A DNA stretch of 64,000 bases, from the NCBI GenBank assembly GCA_000320545.1, contig ADNK01001130.1, forward strand, positions 92,830 to 156,829, in the 5' to 3' direction. The notes beneath the pieces were generated by a model that saw only the letters and a list, made by a program, of their open reading frames with translations, was not told where the DNA came from and did not search any database. This stretch comes from Bigelowiella natans CCMP2755. Taxonomy: Eukaryota > Protista > Cercozoa. The position numbers and the translations under genes are program-made. Numbering within the stretch: position 1 is the first letter of the stretch; every line of letters starts with the position of its first letter. Positions 54,864 to 64,000 of the stretch are shown here, piece after piece.

Positions 54864-55157
54864 GATTAATTGTGAAGTCCTGGAAGCCAACTGCTTCGTC
54901 CACGCCTTATCTTCTCTAACCCTCGCGCGTCCTCGGACTCGAGTTTAGTCGTAATTAGTTCCTATGTTAGAGGATGCACGTTAGCAATCAGTGTGCATTG
55001 TCGCTGTTTTGTTTTCTTTGAAAGCATCTAATTCATTTGAACGCAGACATTGCGCTGCTGGGGAACATCGTGACAGATAACCTGCACCTCCCGTTTCGCT
55101 TTAAACTATCAGGACTCATAGTACGTAGATAAAAGAAAGTGCGAAAGCTTCAAATTG

Positions 55158-55328
55158 GTGCTCGCTCATCTCATAGATAACATGGGACGGGGGGAATTAG
55201 GAGCGCGGACCCACCTCCTAATTGTTAAAGCGTCGGGCCTGGTTTTGAAGGCCTGACAGCGAGCACGGACTACGAAAATGAGAGTAAATGCCCTCTATTT
55301 ACGCCTAACGTCAACACCAGATACTCTC
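55158..55328. ncRNA. Candidate structured element (multibranch fold) between LIN9 and the hypothetical gene; identity unknown
   Basis: Nested complementary pairs: 55158-66/55258-66 (9 bp), 55186-89/55231-34, 55195-203/55215-23 (9 bp), 55236-40/55249-53, and 55280-86/55322-28. Confidence 0.3.
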
Positions 55329-55412
55329 TGTGGATATTTAACAGCAGGTACATTATTTACACACCAACCACTTTTTGGGTTATTTAGATTACGATTTTAG
55401 AGCCCGTTTGAA

Positions 55413-57107
55413 ATGACACGAGAAGCAGATCGTTTGGAGCGCTGTCAACGACGAAAATTGTGGCAAATATCAGCTCTTTTATCAACTCGACATATAAAAT
55501 ATACGTCTCACGTCAGAAACAGAATGCTTTATATTTACCGTTGAAACAGATTCAAATCTCTCTCTCAGGCACATCGGTTTGAGAGTTGATGTGTATTTTA
55601 TGTCGCACACAAACTCGAGAGGTCATCTGCTTTTTATTCTTTCCAGCGTGTGTCGTTTTTTCGCAAAGAATCTTGAAGCCATTTGTACTTTACGACAAAT
55701 TAGAAGACACAAAAACAACATTCATGAAAATGCCCTTTATTCGAACAGGATATACAAACGTTGGCAAGTCGTAAAGATGTAAATCGGGAGGCTCTACGAC
55801 AACTTGCAAGAACCTGAAACGCCAGCTCAACAAGCCGGTGCACATGAGCGCGAAACGGCGGGATGATGCCCCTGCCCAGCGCAAGGCCCGGGGCCATCGG
55901 AACGCAAAGAATGCTGACATGAAACTCACTGTAAAAAACAAAGATCCTCGATCGAAATCGAACGGGGCAGCCTCCCCTGACGGCGAAGGTAGGGAGGTAG
56001 ATCTTAAAGCGATGGAGTCTTCACGCGTCAGCTTGCTTGATGTGGCAAAAGAGATAGCACAAAAGCGAGCACATACAAGGACGACAAGGTATGTAGAAAG
56101 GAAGTCAGAAATAGCGTCGGAGATATTTGGGGAAAATCAAATTCATTGCAACGTAGAGTTGAGAGGTTGAATCTCGTGCAATTTGCCATAGCCCTTGTCC
56201 AAGCTAGGTATAACGCGCTACAATAAACCTTTTCAGGCTGGTGTACACTGCCACTAGGGGTACAAACGATGGAATCGAAGGTAGTGTAATATAGTTTATA
56301 TTTATACCTTTTAGACTTTCTTACAGGGGTTTTGTTTCTCAACAGAGTTCCACGGGGACTGGTTCAAAAAAAATTCGAAGATTCACGATGTTACTGGACT
56401 TGCTACCTTAATATCGGGTACAATGTTCCTGCACATAGTTGAAGCACCTACAAAGGTATGGATGAATTGAATATCTATTCGAGAGTAGTGACCCTTACAG
56501 ATGAAACCGATCGTCATCATCTTCTAGATTTTGCTCGGCCTTCTCAAAGATTTAATTGTCGCCGAAGAAAAAAAACTGACAATGAAAAACGTCAAAATAA
56601 TGGCGTTCACAGAGGAAGTAAGAAAGCATTTCAATAAACAAAAGGAATAGCGAATCAAGTTTATTCCATACAGGTTTCAAGAATTTATAGAACATGGACT
56701 TGTGAATCAGTGGCAATGGATCCAGATGATGCAGGGGATGTTGAAATTCTCACGCTTTCATGGGGAATATGCAAAGACATGTTGAAAGTAATAGCCTTAA
56801 ATGTGTCATAAATACCTTTTCTGAACTCTTTCAAATTAAATGAACAGATGGGAATTGATGCGAAAGCGGCTACACCAACTAAAGCGATGTTCCAAAAGTT
56901 AGGATCATGTTACAATAAATATTGTTCCCCACCATGACTGAAGCTCCATTTATCAGGTATCTACCTTCAACTCAGAAGTTGGTGAAGGTATCATCGAGTA
57001 ATGATTTGTGCACTCCAAGCGAATATTTGAAAATATTCCACTCAACGGTGGACTTCACAATGGACAGTGAAAAACACTGGCCTGCAATGGATTTAGTAGC
57101 CTTTTAG
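55413..57107 (+). CDS. Hypothetical multi-exon protein, start uncertain
   Basis: A series of plus-strand open segments bounded by AG/GT: ...RVSLLDVAKEIAQKRAHTRTTR|VERLNLVQFAIALVQAR|LVYTATRG..., ILLGLLKDLIVAEEKKLTMKNVKIMAFTEE, and a last exon ending WPAMDLVAF* (57107). No homology recognised. Confidence 0.45.
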
Positions 57108-57239
57108 ATTGCTTAACCTGAGATAGCTCACTCCCCTGACTGGGTAATGAAGGGAGGAATCTTGCATGTCATTTCACTTCAGAATGTCCATCTAGACATA
57201 CTCATGCAAGAAGGCGTGAAAGATGAAAAACTGGGGTAT

Positions 57240-57660
57240 GCTCCATGCTAGCATGGTCTGCGGCATGCACAGGGGCTTGTACAAGCAGCAGCTGCACGCA
57301 AGCAACATCACGCAGTGCATGAGTAACAATGTAACGATGCGCGAGTCTCTACCTCATCATTGCTTGCGGACACGCGATCGTTGACCGCTGACCTTGCTTT
57401 CTACGTGCCGACGCGTTGCGTTGCACGAGTATACAAATGAAGAAATGCACAGCTACATAAGGATGACCCAATGCAATATTGAACAAATTTAATTGATTAA
57501 TTACATTCGTCTTAGCTACATAAGGATGGCTATTGAACACATTTAATTGATTAGTTACATCCGTCTTACAAACGAATATACGAAGAATAATAGACACAGG
57601 TCTATCATAAGACTGTCGCTTTACTGCGCATCTCAACGCAACGCTATTGCGAACTTATAA
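57240..57660. repeat. Palindrome-rich block with a tandem ~60-bp unit in the hypothetical/hydrolase convergent gap
   Basis: CCATGCTAGCATGG (57243-57256). Two tandem AGCTACATAAGGATG...ATTTAATTGATTA.TTACAT.CGTC units are homologous to the 49.4-kb block on the opposite strand. Confidence 0.8.
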
Positions 57661-57993
57661 TATTGTCATACATGTGCATCAGGGCGGTGCACAAATACTT
57701 CCATGGTACAACTAATTAGGATAGTCTATAAGTAATTTAATGATGCAAGGATACCTATTATTATAGCCGTAAAGACCCCAAGCAAACACGTGGAACAACA
57801 GCTTGTTGGAAGGCACCTTCATTCAATTATGCGAAAAAAAAATTACAACTTGCCTTAAGTCATGACAAATCTTGGTGCTTGAAATTGGTTATCAACATAC
57901 CACATACATCCATATGCTCCCGTTGGAATATCTTCGTCCTATCAAACAACATGATTTGTACATATAGCCTTTGCATACAAAGTTATCATCGTT

Positions 57994-58029
<36 letters not shown>

Positions 58030-58151
58030 ATATATCTAATCTTAAAACATTTCATTTTGTATCTGCGTGTTTTCGCGCTCAGGTCATGTACATCTGATTT
58101 CGAATTACAAACACTATCATTTGTGAGAGTCGGTTTAATTCTATAAGATAG

Positions 58152-58863
58152 CTAGATGTAGCGAGAGTGTGACGGCATGCATGCAGCAGATGCTACCGAT
58201 ACGAATTTATCGATCAAATCCACCATGTAGGAGTCATAAGAAGGGCCTAAATTGATATATAGCAGCCATTTTCAGCAACAATGATTTCACCATCGGGATT
58301 GGACACAATGCAGCAAGCAACTCCTGCATTCATGTTACCTTCCATCTCGAAGTGACCGACGCCAGGAATTGTATGTGTCTTACGAGGCCCGCACATCATG
58401 CACCAGCAGCTATGTAGATGACAGATGATGGATGATGCGATAGTGAGAGGAGCATGCATTTGATCATGAATAGCAATTTGGCCATGATAATGCTGTTTAT
58501 GCATCTGGGGCCCCTATCGATTCATAAAAAAGTTGATACTGAAAGACGACACTATTTCGGAACAAAAACAATAATTTGTAGAGAGTCACTACAGAGCACC
58601 GTTCATTCATTCTTTCAGAGGAAATAGGAGGGCTATTCATATTTCTATCTATAACATCTACCATAAGTATTCGCAGACGCTTGTAAACATGTCGCAGGAA
58701 CCGTTGATAAATAGCCGGCGTTTGTTCGAGCACAAGACTCTGCACGCAAGGTTATTGGAAGGAATCGAAGGTGTCAGGATTAGAACAAAAGGAAGGGAAA
58801 TAACCCACCTATATATCACTAGCAAAATAGAGAAGAAGGCGAGAAAAAGACGCCAGTGGAAAG

Positions 58864-58909
<46 letters not shown>

Positions 58910-59337
58910 GTGTTGATTCATCATCGGTTGTCCATGTTGTTACTTTTTTGTGTGTTATCATCTGATATCTTCTTCCTCCTCCTCCCCTCCTTTCTTAACA
59001 TGTGCTTCTTCAACACCATCATAATAATCAGTACCCAGGGTAGTGTCCCCCGAACAAAAAAGCAGCTGCAATTCCAAATATGTAGCCTATCCCTATATAG
59101 CCTGGTGATCATGCATTTCGTCAATATCATCATTATCATTATCGGGGTAGCTGTTACACGTCGGTTGAGAGGAAGACAGAGAGTCATTGCATATCTGATA
59201 GAAGATAAGTATTCAATTGCTCGCACCTTCAATTTCGTCTACTCTATTTAGCACCGTTCCTAGACAAAATTACCAAAGAGTGGTATGTTATTCCTCGTCG
59301 TCATAATAAAGCAGCAATATCATATATCACGATGATA

Positions 59338-59370
<33 letters not shown>

Positions 59371-59490
59371 GTGATGATGAGAGCAATACCTGCTATCGGA
59401 GCACCAGCAGAAGATGCAACTAAATAAATCTGTACGAACGATGACGCAAGATCGTAAGGTATTCAGGACGTAATACTAACGTTCTGGGGC

Positions 59491-59526
<36 letters not shown>

Positions 59527-60692
59527 TATAAAGCGAGACTAACTACCTTGTGTCCTTTGTGCTTTTCGACTATGTACCGTACCTGATTACATACAGAGGT
59601 CGTTAACATCGTAGGGTATTATCCAACCTTTTAGTGCTGTTGCTTCTTGCTACTTCCCACTTTACCACGGCTTCAACATCTGCTGTCTGAAAAAGCATAC
59701 ATACAGTGTTTTGCACATATTAAGTATGATCGTCGATATGATTCTAACGAGATATTGGGTCATCATTCCATACTGCACACCTCATCGCATCCACAGATTG
59801 TCGGAGTCCCCGAGCTTCCACCAACCTGCACGCACATCATTAGGGAGAGATCTGCTCTGAATTCTCATATTTTTTTATGAGCTGGTGCAAAACTGATGTT
59901 GTATATTATTCTGGAAAAGAGTATTAATACGATGATGATGATGATGATGATGGGAGTGCTATGTAGTAGTATTACTCCTCTCATATTGAAGACCACTGTG
60001 TTGTAACCCTGAGACCGACACATAAAGTAGTAGTAGATGATGTTTCAGAGCATAGCATGAAGATAGACTCTGTTCTCCTCTCCTTCTTAACAGATGTGTA
60101 AGTAACTACTACCCTTTGAGCGAGCTCCCCTGCCATGCCCGTCATCATCATCATGCTTCCACCAAGAATAGACCACTATACAAAAACAACAACAACAGTC
60201 GATTTGGCAGCAAATCTAACTCGATACCACTATCGTGTATCATCGTCATTATCAATATCACCACCACCATCATCATCTCCCAGGAATAGGATATCAGAGC
60301 AGATAATGAATGCTCCGACGGGAAGTATTAAAATGACCTGATGGACGAGAACAATAGTAATGTTTGACCCCTCAAAATCATCAGTTCGGAACACTCGAGT
60401 TTCCAGCGATATCGAATCCGAAACCTTCCATTTGGTGAAGATGCCATTGTTAGGGTACTGAGATTATGTGTCCACCACCTACTACTACCTTCACAGCTGT
60501 AGCTTTCCGACTGTAACTTATTGATGCAACGGTGCTCTATCAACAACAATACACGAGGATCATAACACATGGTCAACCAACACGTGAAGAAGGAATAGAA
60601 CACTGTATTACCCTTAGCTGCCGTTCATTTTTACTCTCACCCTCCTCAAGTTGAGACTCCCTCTGCTTGCTGCTTGAAGATATTTCCTCCAT
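58152..60692 (-). CDS. Small alpha/beta-fold hydrolase (plant/protist type), about 10 exons
   Basis: Exons in order: SNITIVLVHQ|WSILGGS...MAGELAQR|GYNTVVFNMRG|VGGSSG...|TADVEAV|VRYIVEKHKGHK|IYLVASSAGAPIAG (nucleophile Ser)|YIGIGYIFG...|RLFINGSCDMFTS (Asp)|IPGVGHFEMEG (His)|PSYDSY. The start codon is tentative, and an alternative 3' exon could end at 58079. Confidence 0.85.
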
Positions 60693-60899
60693 TTTTCGGA
60701 GGGAGAAGGATTTTCGTCCTAGGTCCAGTATTTGGGAACGTTTTTACGTTAGGAATATCGTATCGATGTTCACTCTTGCATGAAATGATAAGCCAACTCG
60801 CTACACAGACGCATTGTGATTCTTGATATTAACTATAGGATATTCAATCGAGGTTATTATTATTTATTTCAAAATTGTTGTTGTTGTTGTTGTTGTTGC

Positions 60900-61988
60900 A
60901 AGCAGCGGAGGAGCCGGTTGCCATAATCGATAAGCACAACTCATTTGACTGCTCTCGCACAATCGATCAGTAAAAGGTCATGGGGGTCGGATGATACCTC
61001 TTTTCCATTCCTTTCATATGCTTCGAGACGCATTTCGCGGTTACTTTCTACTTTCCCCTCGTATGATGATGCATTGATGATCCCCGACGGGTCAGTCATC
61101 AGTAGTAGCGAATAATCGGATATGGCAAGCTCGAGAGGTGTGCTGACATACATCCATGTTTTGTACAAACCAGGTTGAAGCAGACGGAAACATGGATCAT
61201 CTATCTGATGAAGAAGTGGCTGAGCACTTTCCTGGTGGCATGTTAAAGCTGTACGTGCACTACATGGATCCCGAGACGCCGAAATGCAGCTTTACATTAA
61301 TACATCTCACCAACATCCTTACTCATTCTACAAAGACTGGTAAGTAGCAATTTGTGTTTTGTATCGTTTTAATTGAACGGCACTAGACAGTAATGTAGCT
61401 GTTGCATTTTCTTTTCATCATCATCATCGTCATCATCCCTCAGTGGGCGATTTGAGGAAGGAATTCATCGAAGCATACAACGATAGATTCAGTATCGGTC
61501 TTAGTTTGGATCGATCGGTTATCTCAGACGGGTCGTCCCCCCCCTCCTCCCTCCCCCCCCTCTCTGGATTACACAAGCATGTGCCGTCATCATCATCGTC
61601 ACTCTAATACTTTGCACGAAGCGATGGTACAATGGTGTGGCTTAAACATTGCTGCTGCTGCTGCTGCTGCTGCAGGAAATTTGTAATGAATGACTCGAGG
61701 CTATTGGCAGTTGTGTTTGAGAACATGGACGATGTCTTCGTACACCAACAGGTTGTAGTAACAGCTTACTACTCAGTTCAAATTGTCCTTTTTACTCTCC
61801 CCTTTATAGATTGCACACTGATTGAGCAGATATATCTTGTTGCAGGAAGAGAATAAGAAGGAAAAGCCTCAAAATGATACCAAATCATCGTCATCATCAT
61901 CATCATCATCATCCCAGAAAGCGAAGAAGGCAGAACGATCCGCCGTCGACCCAACCAACGCGTCTACAAACCGCAAAATCAAGTTCGG

Positions 61989-62027
<39 letters not shown>

Positions 62028-62049
62028 ACATACACACTTTATATCAATA

Positions 62050-62088
<39 letters not shown>

Positions 62089-62617
62089 CTGTGTGTGTAT
62101 GTGTGTGTGTGTGTGTGTGTGTGCACCAGTATCATCTTTTCATAGCAAACTCATCATCATCATCATCGTCATCATCACCTTCTTCCAAATAAAAGTCAAC
62201 GTGGAAGAAGCTTTCTCACGTGCGACAATGCTATCTAATGGAACTTATTCTTTTATGATAACAGTGATGATACAACTACTACTTGACTGCTTTATTCTTT
62301 GCAGAAGTATGCCTCCTAAGATGAAAAGTCGATTGATTTCCAAGGTGGTAGATAGATATGTAGATTATAGTTGTGATGAGTTATGGTAGTGTGAATATCT
62401 CATACGACGACTTTCTCGTTCATAGCAACTATTCTGTGTGCTTAGTATGTGTGCTTAGTGCTTAGTGCTTTAGTGCTTAGTGTGTGCATAGCATAAATGT
62501 GTTACAATAATGTTCCCTCATATGCCATGATTACAGCTCTCCATATGACTAACATATATACCGAGGACTAGGGATTACGGTTTACTGTGATGTTCTTTTG
62601 CTCGATGGCCCCATCAA

Positions 62618-62650
<33 letters not shown>

Positions 62651-62930
62651 TATCATCGTCATTATCATCATTATTATCATTATCATTTAGTTTCAAGACG
62701 CCATGAAGGTCCAAGCTACTGGACTTCTAAAAAAAGCATATAAAGCTTTCCAACGAATCGCAACGGTTGCATGATGATGCACTGTATCCTCCATCCCCCC
62801 CCCCCCCCCCTTCTCTCCTCCTCTTTCCATGGAGGTAGCACATTTTCTGTATATTCTTCTTCACTATTCATTCATTCAAATCCATCAAGAACTTACTCGT
62901 TATCACACATTGTGTTCTCTCTGTTACTTC

Positions 62931-62961
<31 letters not shown>

Positions 62962-63050
62962 CTTCATATATTTCCAGACCGCTGCGAAGTATGCCGCTCA
63001 CGATGATCCAGTTGGACAATACTTGTAATAGTAATAGTATAAAAATCGTA

Positions 63051-63145
<95 letters not shown>

Positions 63146-63747
63146 TCATTTATATGTATAATAGTAGTAAGTGAGCGGAGCTCATGGGGGGGGAGGGTTG
63201 TGACATACTGCAGCATTTATCGTCTATGAAGTAAGTAGTAGTGGTGGTGGTAGAAGTAACAGAGAGAACACCATCTTCTTCTTTTACTCACTGCTAGTAC
63301 TATGGATGATTCTCTTCTTCCTTCTCCTCCTCCTCCTCTTCCTCCTCCATATTTAAAAAATATTATGATACAATAGGTTTGGACTGTCGCAAGAATCAAT
63401 GGCAACGATTCACATCCACAACAATATGTAAGTAGTCATGCTACCACTGCTACTAATATAGTAGTAGTAGCAGTTGTAGTAGTAGCTTCTTTTCTCTCGA
63501 TTGCTGTCTTTCCTCTTCTTCTTCTTCTTCTTCTTCTTCTCCTTCCTCTCTTCGTCCTCACACACGGCAGACAAAACAACAACAACAACAACAACAACAC
63601 CTAGGTACAAAGAGGCCAAGAAGTGCTTAACACGTTTCGAGGAAGAAGCGGTGCTACCTATTCTAACACTAAGATATCATAGAAGAGAGGAGAGAATAAG
63701 ACTTGTGTGTGTGATATGCTTATATTGTATTAATCCAATGCATATGC

Positions 63748-63835
<88 letters not shown>

Positions 63836-64000
63836 TCATTTATATGTATAATAGTAGTAAGTGAGCGGAGCTCATGGGGGGGGAGGGTTGTGACATACTG
63901 CAGCATTTATCGTCTATGAAGTAAGTAGTAGTGGTGGTGGTAGAAGTAACAGAGAGAACACCATCTTCTTCTTTTACTCACTGCTAGTACTATGGATGAT
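60900..64000 (+). CDS. Hypothetical protein, partial: ubiquitin-like-fold segment followed by TPR-like helices (inferred)
   Basis: Phase-consistent exons LKLYVHYMDPETPKCSFTL...TKT|VGDLRKEFIEAYNDRF...DG|KFVMNDSRLLAVVFENMDDVF, then DAMKVQATGLLKKAYKAFQRIAT and RYKEAKKCLTRFEEEA. The start and several junctions are unresolved; it runs off the window. Confidence 0.45.
63058..64000 (+). repeat. Exact direct repeat of at least 253 bp at 690-bp spacing (63058-63310 and 63748-64000)
   Basis: Identical sequence, including (TA)n and (TG)n tract lengths; the second copy is cut by the window end. Confidence 0.95.

Larger units (their letters stand above)
58850..64000. repeat. Dense simple-sequence repeats in the introns of the hydrolase and the last gene
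   Basis: (GA)n, (GAT)n, (TA)n, (CA)n, (TG)n and (CTT)n tracts. Confidence 0.9.

Noticed and set aside
55140-55290. tRNA-Sec, RNase P or U12 identity for the structured element (CTTCAAA, GGACTAC and TTAAACT motifs)
   Set aside because: Arm order and conserved boxes do not fit: there is no T-loop and no matching P4 partner.
60941-61168. Minus-strand 75-aa ORF between the hydrolase and the last gene
   Set aside because: No homology or splice context linking it to the hydrolase; it overlaps the likely 5' part of the plus-strand gene. If real, it would break the alternating pattern, so it should be checked with stranded RNA-seq.
580-63851. Many ORF-track entries rich in CVCVCV, HTHTHT, YIYIYI, MMMM, SLSLSL or ERERER
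   Set aside because: They are translations of intronic microsatellites, which lack stop codons in some frames; they are not genes.
1-64000. CRISPR arrays, rRNA, tRNA, and transposase or reverse transcriptase ORFs
   Set aside because: No repeat-spacer arrays, conserved RNA motifs or TE protein motifs were seen.

Overview
Intron-rich nuclear DNA of a microbial eukaryote. One gene appears to carry a bipartite signal-plus-transit presequence, which weakly suggests an alga with a secondary plastid (e.g. a chlorarachniophyte). I reconstruct 16 protein-coding genes by eye: a Zn-motif hypothetical (partial), RPT4, a STE20/MST-like kinase, SEC6, a GNAT with a presequence, a CaaX orphan, TOR, an ABC-F ATPase interrupted by a frameshift, an SOS1-like Na+/H+ exchanger, VMA22/CCDC115, FANCD2, a myristoylation-type GNAT, LIN9/ALY, a hypothetical, an alpha/beta hydrolase, and a UBL/TPR-like gene (partial). 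The most striking feature is architectural. The 16 genes alternate strand without exception (-,+,-,+...). Head-to-head gaps are short (about 0.2-0.9 kb). All seven tail-to-tail gaps hold a block enriched in short palindromes (CTAG, CATG, TGCA, GCTAGC), and the 12-bp palindrome CATGCTAGCATG recurs in three of them; divergent gaps lack these blocks. Genes also fall into two classes, with plain short introns or with microsatellite-bloated introns. No rRNA, tRNA, CRISPR array or autonomous transposon was recognised. Exon boundaries were read manually from GT/AG sites and protein homology recalled from memory; no searches were run.
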